A stretch of 64,000 nucleotides of DNA from an uncultured Eubacteriales bacterium. GTDB lineage: Bacteria; Bacillota_I; Bacilli_A; RF39; UBA660. A program made the position numbers and the translations under genes. Numbering within the stretch: position 1 is the stretch's first letter; the number at the start of each line of letters is the position of its first letter. Location: contig CAJMAC010000004.1 in NCBI GenBank assembly GCA_905211265.1, forward strand, positions 41,976 through 105,975. The letters run 5' to 3'. The notes under the pieces are model-generated. The model was given only the letters and a program-made list of their open reading frames with translations, did no database searches and was not told the DNA's origin. Shown in pieces: positions 37,437 to 49,131 of this stretch.

Positions 37437-39305
37437 TTACTCAACTTTATTTGCTAAACTTTCCCATTCATTAGTTTTTTCTTCAATTTTATTAGTTATA
37501 TTTAATATTTCTTGTTCTATTTCTTTAGCTTTTGCTACATTCATATAAACTTCTTTTTCTAATAATTTATTGTTAAATTTTTTTAAATCATTATCTAATA
37601 ACTCAATTTCTTTCATTATTTTATTTAACTTACTTGTATTATCCACAGAACTGTTGATAACTTTAGTTTTCTTATTTTTAGTGTCTTCTTTTAAGATAGG
37701 TATGTCTACTTTTCTTTTTTCTAAATATTCTTTATATCCATAGTTATATAATTTAGCTTCTTTATTTTCAAACACTAATAATTTATTACAAACATTATTT
37801 ATTAAATATCTATCATGACTTACCATAATTATTGTTCCATTATAATTAGTTAATATTTTTTCTATTGTATCTTTGCTTATTATATCTAAGTGATTTGTTG
37901 GTTCATCTAGAATAAGTAAATTAGGCTTATTATTTAGTATTTTACATAAACTTAATTTTACTTTTTCTCCCCCAGATAAATCATTTATTTTTTTAAATAC
38001 ATCTTCCCCCGTAAATTCAAAACTACCTAATAGAGTTCTTATTTCATTTGGAGTCATACTGGGATATGCTTTATCTATTTCCTCATATACTGTATTGTTG
38101 TTATCTAGATTTTCAAAATTTTGAGAGAAATACCCTATACTTACTCTATCTCCATAAATATATTTACCACTTAACGGATGAATTAAACCTGTCAATGTTT
38201 TTATCAAGGTACTTTTACCTATGCCATTTTCTCCGATAATACCTAATTTATCTTGTCTTTCTAAGTTAAATGATAATTTACATAATTCTTTATCATATCC
38301 TATACTTAGATTTTTTACTTTTAATACATCTCTATAACTATTTTCTTCAGTTTTAAGATTTATTTTAAATGTTTTGGTATTAGATTTATTTGGTTTATCT
38401 ATTTTTATCATTTTTTCTATTTGTTTTAATTTAGACATAGCCATTTTTGCTTTAGTTGGTTTATATCTAAACCTATCTGCGATATATTGTAGTCTTTTTA
38501 TTTCTTTTTGTTGATACTCATAATCCTTTAATTGTTTTTCATAATCTTGTTCTTTTTGTTTAACAAACGAACTATAATTTCCTACATATCTTTTTAATTC
38601 TCCATACTCTATATCATATATTATATTACAAATATTATCTAAAAACATCCTGTCATGACTTACTAAGATAATACTTTTTTTATAATTTTTTAGGTAATTT
38701 TCTAACCATTCTATACTATTTATATCTAAATGATTGGTAGGTTCATCTAATATCAATAAATCAGGTTTAGATAATAACAATCTTATTAATGATAATTTAG
38801 TTAACTGTCCTCCGGAGAATTCATTTAATAATTTTTCTTTATCTATATCAGTAAACCAAAATTTTTTTAATGCTATTTCATATTCTTTTTTATAGGTATT
38901 TCCCCCTTTATAAATGTATTCATTTTGTAAATCATTATATTTTGTTAAAATTTGTTCACTATATGAACTACTTAGTTTTTGTTCTAGGGAGTTTAATTTA
39001 TTTTCTATTTCTAAGATATCACTATTAGATTCTTTGATATAGTCAATCATTTTCATATTTAGATTATCTGTAATATTTTGTTTTACATATCCTATTTTAA
39101 AGTCGTTACTACTTTCTATTTTTAAATCATCATAACCATCTGATAAGGTATATTCATTAGTTATTGCTTTAAGCAAAGTTGTTTTTCCACAGCCATTTCT
39201 TCCTACAATACCTATTTTATCATTATCCTTTACATAAAAATTTATATCTTCTAGAATGGTATTTGCTCCAAGGGTTACACTACCATTACTTATTTTATAA
39301 TACAT
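37437..39305 (-). CDS. ABC-F family ATPase (two ABC domains, no TM, C-terminal coiled coil; Uup/YfmR-like translation factor)
   Basis: Two Walker A motifs (GRNGCGKTT, GENGIGKST), two signatures (FSGGQLTKL, LSGGEKVKL), and an inter-domain linker. The ATG at 39305 follows GGTGA; the tracked start is a TTG. Confidence 0.9.
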   Translation of the reverse strand: MYYKISNGSVTLGANTILEDINFYVKDNDKIGIVGRNGCGKTTLLKAITNEYTLSDGYDDLKIESSNDFKIGYVKQNITDNLNMKMIDYIKESNSDILEIENKLNSLEQKLSSSYSEQILTKYNDLQNEYIYKGGNTYKKEYEIALKKFWFTDIDKEKLLNEFSGGQLTKLSLIRLLLSKPDLLILDEPTNHLDINSIEWLENYLKNYKKSIILVSHDRMFLDNICNIIYDIEYGELKRYVGNYSSFVKQKEQDYEKQLKDYEYQQKEIKRLQYIADRFRYKPTKAKMAMSKLKQIEKMIKIDKPNKSNTKTFKINLKTEENSYRDVLKVKNLSIGYDKELCKLSFNLERQDKLGIIGENGIGKSTLIKTLTGLIHPLSGKYIYGDRVSIGYFSQNFENLDNNNTVYEEIDKAYPSMTPNEIRTLLGSFEFTGEDVFKKINDLSGGEKVKLSLCKILNNKPNLLILDEPTNHLDIISKDTIEKILTNYNGTIIMVSHDRYLINNVCNKLLVFENKEAKLYNYGYKEYLEKRKVDIPILKEDTKNKKTKVINSSVDNTSKLNKIMKEIELLDNDLKKFNNKLLEKEVYMNVAKAKEIEQEILNITNKIEEKTNEWESLANKVE

Positions 39306-39362
39306 ATTTATCACCAACAATTATATTTTACCATAAATAAAGAAAAAGTACTAATAAAAGTA

Positions 39363-40634
39363 CTATATTGTTTCTTTTACATACATGGTATTATCTAGTC
39401 GTTGTACTACTTCTTTATATGTTTCATATACTTTTTTATAATTAGGTAAGTATTTTGCTATTTCAGGATTACTAAATGGGATTACTAGGAATCCACGCCA
39501 TGTACTTTGATTATAATAATTATATATTAGTTCATTTTCTACATTGGTAATTTTTATTTCTTTTTTATTTCCTTTGACTGTCTTTTCTATTTTAAAGTTT
39601 GTCATTAGTCCTACGGTACATTTATAATTTGAACAAGTTCCTTGATTTTGATATTGGGCAGATATAAAGTTACCTAAGGAATATATTACTAATGTATCCT
39701 CTATCCATGTTACTGGTTGTATTACATGGGGATGTGTTCCTATTATTACATCAACATTTAATGATGCTAGGTATGACGCCATATCTTTTTCATATTCAGT
39801 TGGATTGTGAGTATACTCTACTCCCCAGTGCATTGCTACGATTAGGACATCTACTTTATCTCTTACTGCTTCGATATCCTTTTTTACTTGTTCTTTATAT
39901 GCTTGATATTTAGTATCTGTTTCAGGATTATTAATTCTATCAGTATCTGTTGGCCATACATTAACTAAATAGTTATCTGATACAGGCATACCATTTGTAC
40001 CATAAGTATAATTTAACATAGTATAAGTTATATTATTTTTTTCTGCTATTTTTATTTCATTTCTTTCTTCTAAAGAACAATAACTTCCTGCGGTTAAGAC
40101 ATTAGTTTGTTTATTCCAATATTCACAAGAATTTAATACTGCTTTTTTACCTTTATCCATTGTATGGTTTGTTGCTAAACTTACTAAGTTAAATCCAGCA
40201 TCTAGCATATCATCACCAGTTTCTTGTGGGGAATTAAATGTTGGATAATCAGATAATCCTAAGGAAGTACCTCCTAGAATTGTTTCTTGATTATAATACG
40301 CTATGTCATAGTCTGATACTATTTCTTTTATATATTTAATCATTGGTTTAAAATCAAACTTATCAGTTCCATATCCATTACCCCCGGCATGTCTATTGGC
40401 ATCTCTATATACTGAACCATGTATTAAGTTATCTCCTACGGCAATTACTGATGCTTCATAATGTTTTTCTACTTCAGTTGGAGATGGTGTTACTGTATTT
40501 GGTTTATCATTATTATTATTTTTTAAATATTTATTATATGCTTTATAACCTACAAATGATGTAATACCAAGTAATATTATTACTACTAGTATTACTACCC
40601 ATGACTTTAATTTTCTTTTTCTTCTTTTTTTCAT
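39363..40634 (-). CDS. CapA-family (PGA_cap) metallophosphatase-like protein, membrane-anchored
   Basis: N-terminal TM. AVGDNLIHG, ATNHTMD, MHWGVEY and GTHPHV motifs, typical of the CapA/PgsA family. Confidence 0.85.
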   Translation of the reverse strand: MKKRRKRKLKSWVVILVVIILLGITSFVGYKAYNKYLKNNNNDKPNTVTPSPTEVEKHYEASVIAVGDNLIHGSVYRDANRHAGGNGYGTDKFDFKPMIKYIKEIVSDYDIAYYNQETILGGTSLGLSDYPTFNSPQETGDDMLDAGFNLVSLATNHTMDKGKKAVLNSCEYWNKQTNVLTAGSYCSLEERNEIKIAEKNNITYTMLNYTYGTNGMPVSDNYLVNVWPTDTDRINNPETDTKYQAYKEQVKKDIEAVRDKVDVLIVAMHWGVEYTHNPTEYEKDMASYLASLNVDVIIGTHPHVIQPVTWIEDTLVIYSLGNFISAQYQNQGTCSNYKCTVGLMTNFKIEKTVKGNKKEIKITNVENELIYNYYNQSTWRGFLVIPFSNPEIAKYLPNYKKVYETYKEVVQRLDNTMYVKETI

Positions 40635-40688
40635 TTTACCACCTTACTACTAAGATAATTATAACAAATGAATTATTTTTTGTAAATG

Positions 40689-42995
40689 TTAAATACTAAT
40701 TTTTTCTAACTCTTTTATTTTTATTTCTGCTTTATTTTCTATAATTGCATCAATAATATTATTTTCTATTTTATTACTTATTATTTTATCTATTCTTCTT
40801 GCTCCAAAGATATTATAATTAGATTCTGTTACAATATCATTTATTACTTTATTAGATATTAATACTTTTATTTTATCTTTATATTTATTCTTAGTATTAT
40901 TAATTTTATTTTTTATTATTTTAGATATTATTTCTTCTGATAAATTATTAAATATAATGATATCATCAATTCTATTAATAAAGGATACTGATAATTCATT
41001 TTTTAAACTATTAATAATATTGTTTTTATTTAGTTCATTAAATCCTACTTTATTTTCATTGTAACCAATATTTGAAGTCATAATTATAATATTATTATCA
41101 AATCTTATTATATTTCCTTTGCTATCTTTTATTTTTCCATAGTCTAATATTTGATATAAAAGATTTATTACTAAAGGATGTGCTTTTTCTATTTCATCTA
41201 GTAATATTATAGCATTTGGTTTATTACGAATTTCTTCGAGGATATTTTTATTATCATCATAACCTACATATCCTGGAGAAGAACCCATTATTTTATTTAT
41301 TGAGGTTGCATCTGAATATTCACTCATATCTAATCTTATAAAATTATCTAATCCTACGGTATAGTTAGCAAATAGTTTTGATAACATTGTTTTTCCTACT
41401 CCAGAAGATCCTACGAATAAAAGAGAATTTACTTTATTATCTTTATATCCTAGTTTTATTTTTTTTGTTATTTTCATTAATTTATCTATTGCTTCATCTT
41501 GTCCAATAATTTCTTTTTTTAAGTTATCTTCGATAGTTTTTATTGTTTTAGAATTATCTCCTAGTATTTCATAGATAGGAATATTTGTTTTGTTATTTAT
41601 TACTATTGCTATATCTTCCATTGTTACTTCTTTCACATCTAATTTATAATTAGTTTCTAATTCATTTAATGTTGAAGTTAAATTAGTTTCTTCTTTTCTA
41701 TATTGATATGCTTTTTCTATATTATTTTCTATTATTAAACTATTCTTTTCTTTATTTATTTTCTTTAATGTTTCTTTTATTTTCTTTATATCTTTTGTTT
41801 GTTTATTTTCTTTTATACTTACTTTGGAACATACTTCATCTAGAATATCTATACATTTATCTGGTCTTGACCTATCATAGATATATTTTTCTGATAAGTC
41901 TATTATAGATTCTACTATTTTATTATCTATTTTTACGTGATGATATTTTTCATATATTGGTTTTAATTTTAATAAAATATCTTTTGTTTCTGATAATGAT
42001 GGCTCATTTACGGTTATTTTTTGAAATCTACGGTCTAGGGCGGAATCTTTTTCTATAAATTTTTTATATTCATCATATGTCGTTGCACCAATACATCTTA
42101 TTTTACCTCTTGCTAAAGCTGGTTTTAATATATTGGAAGCATCTATGGCTCCTTCTGCTCCACCTGCCCCTACTAAGGTATGTATTTCATCTATAAAAAG
42201 TATTATGTCATCATTATCTTCTAGTTCTTTAATTATTTTTTTCATTCTTTCTTCAAATTCTCCACGATATTTAGTTCCTGATACTGCACTGGCCATATCT
42301 AAAGATATAATTTTTTTATTACTTATTTTATTTGGTACTTGTTCTTTTTCAATTAGTCTTGCTAATTCTTCGACTATAGCTGTTTTACCTACTCCGGCTT
42401 TTCCTATTAGTATAGGATTATTTTTAGTTCTTCGACATAATATTTCTATTAGTCTGTTTACTATATTTTCTCTATCAATTACAGGGTCTAATTCATTATT
42501 TTTAGCTTTTTCTGTTAAGTTTGTACCTAAGTCTTCGACTAATAATTTTTTATTTCTTCGATTATTTTTCTTTATTAGTCTACTATTAAATTCATCATAT
42601 AATTCTTCGACATCTATTCCCATACCTATTAATATTCTTATGGCTATTCCTTCGCCTTCTTCTAATAAGGAAGAAAATAAATGTTCTGTTGTTACTTCTC
42701 CATTATTATTATCTTTGCTATTTACTATTGCATTTTCTATTACTTTTTTAAATAATGGTGTATATAAAAAACATTCACTCTTTTTGCTACCTGTACCTAC
42801 TACTTTTATTATTTCTTTTTTAAATTTATCATAGGTTAATTCATAGTTTTTTAATCTACTTGATAAGTTTGTTTTACTTTTTAGTATTGATAATACTAAG
42901 TGTTCTGTTCCTACATAAGGATGATTTAGTTCTTGCATTTCTTCTTTGGCTTTTACTAAAATTCTTTGTGCTTCTTCGTTAAAGTTTCCTATCAT
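40689..42995 (-). CDS. clpC: ClpC-like Clp/Hsp100 AAA+ chaperone ATPase
   Basis: 768 aa. Clp_N repeat (HPYVGTEHLVLSIL), AAA-1 Walker A GKAGVGKTA, AAA-2 Walker A GSSGVGKT. Short middle region. Confidence 0.85.
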   Translation of the reverse strand: MIGNFNEEAQRILVKAKEEMQELNHPYVGTEHLVLSILKSKTNLSSRLKNYELTYDKFKKEIIKVVGTGSKKSECFLYTPLFKKVIENAIVNSKDNNNGEVTTEHLFSSLLEEGEGIAIRILIGMGIDVEELYDEFNSRLIKKNNRRNKKLLVEDLGTNLTEKAKNNELDPVIDRENIVNRLIEILCRRTKNNPILIGKAGVGKTAIVEELARLIEKEQVPNKISNKKIISLDMASAVSGTKYRGEFEERMKKIIKELEDNDDIILFIDEIHTLVGAGGAEGAIDASNILKPALARGKIRCIGATTYDEYKKFIEKDSALDRRFQKITVNEPSLSETKDILLKLKPIYEKYHHVKIDNKIVESIIDLSEKYIYDRSRPDKCIDILDEVCSKVSIKENKQTKDIKKIKETLKKINKEKNSLIIENNIEKAYQYRKEETNLTSTLNELETNYKLDVKEVTMEDIAIVINNKTNIPIYEILGDNSKTIKTIEDNLKKEIIGQDEAIDKLMKITKKIKLGYKDNKVNSLLFVGSSGVGKTMLSKLFANYTVGLDNFIRLDMSEYSDATSINKIMGSSPGYVGYDDNKNILEEIRNKPNAIILLDEIEKAHPLVINLLYQILDYGKIKDSKGNIIRFDNNIIIMTSNIGYNENKVGFNELNKNNIINSLKNELSVSFINRIDDIIIFNNLSEEIISKIIKNKINNTKNKYKDKIKVLISNKVINDIVTESNYNIFGARRIDKIISNKIENNIIDAIIENKAEIKIKELEKISI

Positions 42996-43053
42996 ATAAT
43001 CACCTTTCTAATGTATTCTATGATATTATGTTCTTATTTTTCTTTTTTTAAAC

Positions 43054-43082
43054 AGAAAAAAAGCAACATTTTTAGTTGCTTT
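43054..43082 (-). terminator. Intrinsic terminator after the arc operon carrier gene
   Basis: The minus strand reads AAAGCAAC-TAAAAAT-GTTGCTTT followed by a T run. It starts 5 nt after the stop at 43087. Confidence 0.65.
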
Positions 43083-43086
43083 AATT

Positions 43087-44526
43087 TTATAATATACACA
43101 TAAAGAATGTTAATACTATAATTGACATTAGTGCTAGGCATAATACAATTTTGAATGCCCATTTGAACCAAGTAGTATATTCTACTTTTGCTAACTCTAA
43201 TCCTCCCATGATTGCTCCACATGTTGGAGTGAATAAGTTTACTAATCCGTTTGCTGCTACTAATATCATAATATTTGTTTCAACACTGAATCCTAATGCT
43301 TGAGTAAGTGGTGCCATAATTGGTGTAGACAATGCGGCAATTCCTGATGATGATGGAACTAGTATTGATAATACAATGTGTAATACATAGTTTAATGGTG
43401 CATATAGTATTGCAGGCATACCTTTTAGTAATTCTGCAGCATTATAGATAATATAATTATCTAAGTGAGTTGTACTCATTAAAACTGATGCTCCACGAGC
43501 TATTGCTATGATTAAGATAACTCCAATCATATCATCTGCTCCATCAACAAATATATCAACAAATCCTTTTTCTCCGAAATTGTTTACTATTGCTATTAAT
43601 ATTGCTATTAATAAGAACCACAATGCTGAATCATAGAAGTACCAATCTCCTAATGGAGCACCTGTTAATATTGCAGTAAATGATGGCATTGTAACTCCAA
43701 ATGATCCCCATGGAATAAATCCAATAATCATTACTACGAATGCTGAAGCAAATAACCATAGAGTTGCTTTTTGTTTTCCTGTTAATTTTACTTCTTTAGT
43801 TAAATCTTCTTCTTTAAGATATTTCTTTTCCATTTGTTTTTGTTCTCTTAAAGATAAGAATGTTGAACCTTTATCTGCTTTAACTTTTCTAGCATATTTC
43901 ATTACAAAATATACAGCAATTAAGTATGCTAATATCCAAAGGATTGCTCCAATACCAATGATTAGTCCTTGGTTAACATGCATACCTTCTGGTAATGATG
44001 ATACTGCTGCTCCAACTGCAAATGGGTTTACAGTAGAACCAAGTACACCGACACCAGCACCAAGTAATATTGTTGCAGATGCTACTAATGTATCCATACC
44101 TGCCATTACCATTGTTGCGGATAGTAATGCATAGAAACCAACTGTTTCTTCAAGCATACCATATGTTGTTCCTGCGATTGAGAATATGAACATTAATATT
44201 GGTATTAAAACTAATTCTTTGCCTTTTAATTTTTTTACTAATACTTCTATTCCTGTTTCAAAAGCTTTAGTTTTGTCAACAACCTTTAATAATCCCCCTA
44301 GAATCATTACGAATATTGCTACATCTACTGCATCTTCAAATCCTAGGAATGGTGACATTAATATATCTGATAATTTTGCACCTACTACACCGCTACCATT
44401 AACAATTTCATCATTAATGAATGTTGCTTCTGGTAATAAGTGAGATACAATTCCTAAAACAAAGATAATTATTAAAATTATAGAGAAAGATGTAAGCATT
44501 ACCTTTTTTCTTTGCTTTTTAGCCAT
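43087..44526 (-). CDS. YfcC/ArcD-family carrier (TC 2.A.118-type), putative arginine/ornithine antiporter
   Basis: 479 aa with ~12 TM segments and a YfcC-like N-terminus. It is the last gene of the arcA-arcB-arcA-arcB cluster. The substrate is inferred from context only. Confidence 0.75.
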   Translation of the reverse strand: MAKKQRKKVMLTSFSIILIIIFVLGIVSHLLPEATFINDEIVNGSGVVGAKLSDILMSPFLGFEDAVDVAIFVMILGGLLKVVDKTKAFETGIEVLVKKLKGKELVLIPILMFIFSIAGTTYGMLEETVGFYALLSATMVMAGMDTLVASATILLGAGVGVLGSTVNPFAVGAAVSSLPEGMHVNQGLIIGIGAILWILAYLIAVYFVMKYARKVKADKGSTFLSLREQKQMEKKYLKEEDLTKEVKLTGKQKATLWLFASAFVVMIIGFIPWGSFGVTMPSFTAILTGAPLGDWYFYDSALWFLLIAILIAIVNNFGEKGFVDIFVDGADDMIGVILIIAIARGASVLMSTTHLDNYIIYNAAELLKGMPAILYAPLNYVLHIVLSILVPSSSGIAALSTPIMAPLTQALGFSVETNIMILVAANGLVNLFTPTCGAIMGGLELAKVEYTTWFKWAFKIVLCLALMSIIVLTFFMCIL

Positions 44527-44597
44527 GTTTCCTCCTTATTATTTTGTGTTCTACACAAACACATTTATTTCAAAAAACTAGTTATCTAGTTAATTGA

Positions 44598-45608
44598 CTA
44601 ATTTAGTTCATCTAATTTTTTATCACTTAGTGTAGCAAACATTACTGCTTTTATTGTATGCATTCTGTTTTCTGCTTCTTCGAATACTCTTGATTGTTTT
44701 CCTTCGAATACACTATTTGCTACTTCCATTTCAGGTAATCCAAATTTTTCATAGATGTCTTTTCCTATTTTTGTATTTGTATCGTGGAATGATGGAAGAC
44801 AATGTAAGAATATTGCATTTGGATTTGCATTTTCCATTACTTTATCATTTACTTGATAGTCTTTTAATAATGCAATTCTTTCTTTCCATTTTTCTTCTGG
44901 TTCTCCCATTGATACCCATACATCTGTGTATAATACATCAGCATTTGCTGTACCTTCTTTTACATTTTCAGTTAATGTTATTGTTGAGCCATGTTCTTTA
45001 GCTAATTCTTTACATGTATCTACTAATTCTTCAGTTGGCCATAATTCTTTTGGTGCTACGCATGTAAAGTTCATTCCTAATTTGGAACATACTACCATTA
45101 AGGAATTACCAACATTGTTTCTAGCATCTCCCATGAATACTAAGTTTATTCCTTTTAGGTATCCAAAATGTTCTTCAACTGTCATAACATCTGCTAACAT
45201 TTGTGTTGGATGAAATTCATTAGTTAATCCATTCCATACTGGTACATTTGAATATTTTGCTATATCTTCTACTATTGATTGATCAAATCCTCTATATTCA
45301 ATTCCATCATAGATTTTAGATAATACTCTTGCAGTATCTGCAATACTTTCTTTTTTTCCCATTTGACTTCCAGTTGGTCCTAGATATGTACAATGCATAC
45401 CTAAATCATAACTAGCTACTTCAAATGAACATCTTGTTCTAGTGGAATCTTTCTCAAATAGTAAAGCTACATTTTTTCCTTTTAAATATTCATGTGGAAT
45501 ACCTGCATGTTTTAATTTCTTAAACATTTTTGCTAAATATAAAAGGTATTCTATTTCTTCAGTTGAATAATCTAAAAGTTTTAGAAAATCTCTATTATAT
45601 AAATTCAT
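44598..45608 (-). CDS. arcB: Ornithine carbamoyltransferase (catabolic), copy 2
   Basis: 336 aa. Motifs STRTR, HPTQ and HCLPSFHD. Its start lies 1 nt after the arcA stop. Confidence 0.92.
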   Translation of the reverse strand: MNLYNRDFLKLLDYSTEEIEYLLYLAKMFKKLKHAGIPHEYLKGKNVALLFEKDSTRTRCSFEVASYDLGMHCTYLGPTGSQMGKKESIADTARVLSKIYDGIEYRGFDQSIVEDIAKYSNVPVWNGLTNEFHPTQMLADVMTVEEHFGYLKGINLVFMGDARNNVGNSLMVVCSKLGMNFTCVAPKELWPTEELVDTCKELAKEHGSTITLTENVKEGTANADVLYTDVWVSMGEPEEKWKERIALLKDYQVNDKVMENANPNAIFLHCLPSFHDTNTKIGKDIYEKFGLPEMEVANSVFEGKQSRVFEEAENRMHTIKAVMFATLSDKKLDELN

Positions 45609-45609
45609 A

Positions 45610-46830
45610 TTAGTCCTCTCTTTCTAGTGCCATGCTCATACAATGTGGACCTCCACGACCACGTGATAGTTCACAACTCGGTATTTCAATTACTTTTACA
45701 CCATGTTTTCTTAATGTTTCATTTGTAACATAGTTTCTATCATATACTATTACTACTCCTGGTCTTACACATAAAGTATTAACACCATCACTCCATTGTT
45801 CACGTTCTGCGGCGATTCTTGCACCATTTCCACATTTAATTAATTCTACTTTTTTGATTTTTAAGTATTTTTCTAATACTTTATCAAGTGGACTATTAAT
45901 TTCTTTAATTTTAATATCTCCATTTTTGTTTTGTGTTATTTCATATATTGTTGAGATATTCATTACATGAGAATGTACTGCAAATTTAGTATAGTCTACT
46001 CTTGTCATAACTGTATCTAAGTGCATGAAACTTCTTTCATCTGGGATATCTATTGCAAGTATTGTTTTAAAGTTATTATTTTTATCTTTAAAGATTTCTC
46101 TTGCTAAGTTAGCAATTGCATCAGGTTCTGTTCTTTCTGAGATACCTATTGCTATTACTTTATCACTTAATACTTGAATATCTCCTCCTTCAATACTATA
46201 TGATTCATATCTATTATAATATAATTTAGTATTTTTATATTTTGGATGATATTTAAATATGTATTCTCCAAAGATTGTTTCACGACATCTTGTTATAGAA
46301 AACATTTTGTGTAATGATACTCCTGAACCAATTGTAGCAAATGGGTCTCTTGGGGCATATAGGTTTGGTAATGGGTCTAGTATCATTTTTCCAATATCTC
46401 TTGTAGCATAGAATCCAGTACTTTCTCTTAATTTTTTTAATTCTGTTATATCTATTCCTTCGATACATTTACTTACTAATTCTTTATTATCTTTGATATT
46501 ATTTAAAAATTCATAAACTATATCAAATACTTTTTTACTAGTTACTCCACCTTCAGTAATGAATTGTTTTATAAATTCTTTTCTTACTTTAACTGAAGTA
46601 TCTAGAGCTTCTGCAGCAAGGTCTACTAGATAAACTACTTCTACTCCTTCATTTCTTAGAGCTTCAGCAAATTTGTCATGTTCTTCTTGTGCTATTTTTA
46701 AGTACGGTATATCATCAAATAATAATCTTTGTAATGTGTTTGGTGTTAGATTTTCGAATTCTTTTCCTGGTCTATGTAATAACACTGTTTTTAATGGTGC
46801 TATTTCACTATAATTATTTATACTCTTCAT
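45610..46830 (-). CDS. arcA: Arginine deiminase, copy 2
   Basis: 406 aa. LLHRPGKE.., [22 protein letters not shown], and the C-terminal catalytic Cys context [10 protein letters not shown]. Confidence 0.92.
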   Translation of the reverse strand: MKSINNYSEIAPLKTVLLHRPGKEFENLTPNTLQRLLFDDIPYLKIAQEEHDKFAEALRNEGVEVVYLVDLAAEALDTSVKVRKEFIKQFITEGGVTSKKVFDIVYEFLNNIKDNKELVSKCIEGIDITELKKLRESTGFYATRDIGKMILDPLPNLYAPRDPFATIGSGVSLHKMFSITRCRETIFGEYIFKYHPKYKNTKLYYNRYESYSIEGGDIQVLSDKVIAIGISERTEPDAIANLAREIFKDKNNNFKTILAIDIPDERSFMHLDTVMTRVDYTKFAVHSHVMNISTIYEITQNKNGDIKIKEINSPLDKVLEKYLKIKKVELIKCGNGARIAAEREQWSDGVNTLCVRPGVVIVYDRNYVTNETLRKHGVKVIEIPSCELSRGRGGPHCMSMALERED

Positions 46831-46841
46831 TATTCACCTCT

Positions 46842-47837
46842 TTATTCTTCATCACATAATGTTGCATACATTACTGCTTTTATTGTATGCATTCTATTAC
46901 CTGCTTCCTCGAAGACAACTGAATGTTTACTTTCAAAAACTTCATTTGTTACTTCCATTTCAGGTATTCCATATTTTTCATAAATATCTTTGGCAATTGT
47001 GGTATTTGTATCATGGAATGATGGTAAGGCATGCATAAATATTACATCTTCTTTGGCACTTTTAATTATATCCATATTTACTTGATATGGCTTTAATAAA
47101 TTAATTCTTTTCTCCCATAGTTCTTCTGGTTCTCCCATTGATACCCATACATCAGCATATATGGCATCACTTGATTTTACTCCTTCTTTGATATCATCAG
47201 TTAGAGTTATTGTTGAACCATTTTCTTTGGCAATTAATTTACAAGTGTTAACTAAATCTTCATTTGGCCATAATTCTTTTGGACCACATGCTACAAAGTT
47301 AACTCCTAATTTTGCACTTGCTACCATTAATGAATTTCCAGCATTATTTCTTGCATCTCCCACAAAGGTTAATGTTAATCCATTTAAATGTCCAAATACT
47401 TCTTCCATTGTTAAAAAGTCTGCTAACATTTGTGTTGGATGAAATTCATCTGTTAATCCATTCCATACTGGTACATCAGAATATTTTGCTATTTCTTCAA
47501 CTATTTGTTGACTAAATCCTCTATATTCGATTCCATCATATATTTTTGATAATACTCTTGCAGTATCTGCAATACTTTCTTTCTTTCCCATTTGACTGCC
47601 AGTAGGACCTAGATATGTGCAATGCATACCTAAGTCATAGCTAGCTACTTCAAATGAGCATCTTGTTCTAGTAGAATCTTTTTCAAATAATAATGCTACA
47701 TTTTTGCCTTTTAAATATTCGTGAGGTATTCCTTTTTTCTTCATATCTTTAAAATTTCTTGATAGGTCTAGTAAATATCTTATTTCTTCACTGGAAAAAT
47801 CTAGTAATTTCAAAAAGTCTCTACCTTGTAAATTCAT
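46842..47837 (-). CDS. arcB: Ornithine carbamoyltransferase (catabolic), copy 1
   Basis: 331 aa. Motifs STRTR, HPTQ and HALPSFHD. Its start lies 1 nt after the arcA stop. Confidence 0.92.
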   Translation of the reverse strand: MNLQGRDFLKLLDFSSEEIRYLLDLSRNFKDMKKKGIPHEYLKGKNVALLFEKDSTRTRCSFEVASYDLGMHCTYLGPTGSQMGKKESIADTARVLSKIYDGIEYRGFSQQIVEEIAKYSDVPVWNGLTDEFHPTQMLADFLTMEEVFGHLNGLTLTFVGDARNNAGNSLMVASAKLGVNFVACGPKELWPNEDLVNTCKLIAKENGSTITLTDDIKEGVKSSDAIYADVWVSMGEPEELWEKRINLLKPYQVNMDIIKSAKEDVIFMHALPSFHDTNTTIAKDIYEKYGIPEMEVTNEVFESKHSVVFEEAGNRMHTIKAVMYATLCDEE

Positions 47838-47838
47838 A

Positions 47839-49065
47839 TTAGTCCTCTCTTATAAGTGGCATACTCATACATCTTGGACCACCACGGCCACGAGATAATT
47901 CAGCACTATTCATTTCATATACTTTTATGCCATATGCTCTTAATATTTCGTTAGTAATATTATTTCTATTGTATACTACTACTACTCCTGGAGCAATACA
48001 TAGAGTATTTGTACCATCATTCCATTGTTCACGTTCAGATGCTATTTTATCTCCTCCAGCACATGGGATTAATGTTACATCTATTTTTAAATACTCTTCA
48101 AGTATTTTTTCTAGACTTCCTCTTTTTTGTTTTACTTTAACATCATCTTCGTTTTCTCCTCTTGTTATTTCATATACTTCAAGAGAATTCATTATTCCTG
48201 GATGATATGTAAATTTGTCAACATCTATTTGAGTAAATACTGTGTCTAAATGCATAAATGCACGACATTCTGGTATTTTGAATGCAAGTATTGTATCAAT
48301 CTTACAATTTTCTGATTTGAACATGTTTTTAGCAAGTAAATCTATTGCTTCTGCACTTGTTCTTTGAGAAATACCAATTGCTAGTAAATGCTCATTTAAG
48401 TTTAGAACATCTCCACCTTCGATTGAGAATGGGTTTTCTCTACTATAAAATTTTTCTACTTTATCAATATATTTTGGATGGTAGTTAAATATATATTCTG
48501 CATAAATTGTTTCTCTACTTCTTGTTACAGAATACATTTTATTTAATACTACTCCATCTCCTACTGATGCAAATGGGTCACGAGTAAAGTAAAGGTTAGG
48601 CATTGGTTCTGCTAAGAATTTTCCTTCCTCACTTACTAAATCGACTAAAGAATTTTCAATATCTTTTTTTCTTCTTCCTAATTCTTTTACTTTGATTCCT
48701 TCCATTGTTTTTAGTACTAATTCTAAATTATCTGTAAAACTATTTAGATAATCAAATAATAAATCCTTATACATTGGAGTTCTTACTCCTGCTTCATAAA
48801 TAAATTGTCTTATGAAACTTGGTCTAATTTGTGGATTTGCATCTAATGTTTCAGCCATTAGGTTTTCTAGATATACTACTTTTATTCCATTATCTCTAAG
48901 TATTTGAACAAATTCATCATGTTCTGCTTGAGCATCTTTTAGATATGGAATATCATCAAATAATAATCTTCCTAATGTATCTGGTGTTAGATTCAATAAT
49001 TCCTTTCCTGGTCTATGTACTAAGACCTCTTTTAATGGTTTAATTTCACTTGTTACGTGTATCAC
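47839..49065 (-). CDS. arcA: Arginine deiminase, copy 1
   Basis: 408 aa with a GTG start behind GGAGGAGG. Same motif set as copy 2 ([10 protein letters not shown]). Confidence 0.92.
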   Translation of the reverse strand: MIHVTSEIKPLKEVLVHRPGKELLNLTPDTLGRLLFDDIPYLKDAQAEHDEFVQILRDNGIKVVYLENLMAETLDANPQIRPSFIRQFIYEAGVRTPMYKDLLFDYLNSFTDNLELVLKTMEGIKVKELGRRKKDIENSLVDLVSEEGKFLAEPMPNLYFTRDPFASVGDGVVLNKMYSVTRSRETIYAEYIFNYHPKYIDKVEKFYSRENPFSIEGGDVLNLNEHLLAIGISQRTSAEAIDLLAKNMFKSENCKIDTILAFKIPECRAFMHLDTVFTQIDVDKFTYHPGIMNSLEVYEITRGENEDDVKVKQKRGSLEKILEEYLKIDVTLIPCAGGDKIASEREQWNDGTNTLCIAPGVVVVYNRNNITNEILRAYGIKVYEMNSAELSRGRGGPRCMSMPLIRED

Positions 49066-49089
49066 ACTTATCCTCCTCCTATTATATTA

Positions 49090-49118
49090 ATTATATAATT
49101 TTTTTGATTTTATTTCAA
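49090..49118 (-). promoter_or_regulatory. Sigma-A promoter of the arc operon
   Basis: Minus strand: TTGAAA (49113-18), 17 nt, TATAAT (49090-95). Confidence 0.55.
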
Positions 49119-49131
49119 TACATATTTTAAT

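Noticed and set aside
39347-39364. AGTACT-N6-AGTACT hairpin after capA, considered as a terminator between capA and the ABC-F gene.
   Set aside because: The stem is only 6 bp with two G-C pairs, and it overlaps the capA stop. That is too weak to call, and the genes may well be co-transcribed.
43034-43222. A 62-aa minus-strand ORF overlapping the end of the YfcC gene, and a 62-aa ORF at 46280..46468 inside arcA.
   Set aside because: These are out-of-frame overlaps with well-supported genes. They have no RBS and no recognisable fold.
45290-45520. A ~70-residue block that is identical in the two OTC copies, considered as evidence for recent gene conversion.
   Set aside because: At the nucleotide level I count roughly 20 differences in about 205 aligned nt across this block, essentially all synonymous. 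The identity therefore reflects purifying selection on the carbamoyl-phosphate-binding region, not recent conversion.
49100-49120. An ARG-box/ArcR-like palindrome TTGAAATAAAATCAA overlapping the -35 of the arc promoter. Also TGTGTT-N7-AACACA (about 44541-44559) upstream of the carrier gene.
   Set aside because: Both are imperfect matches to the ARG box (TNTGAATWWWWATTCANW) and to the Crp/Fnr-type TGTGA-N6-TCACA. In DNA this AT-rich, such short palindromes arise by chance. No regulator gene is nearby to support them.
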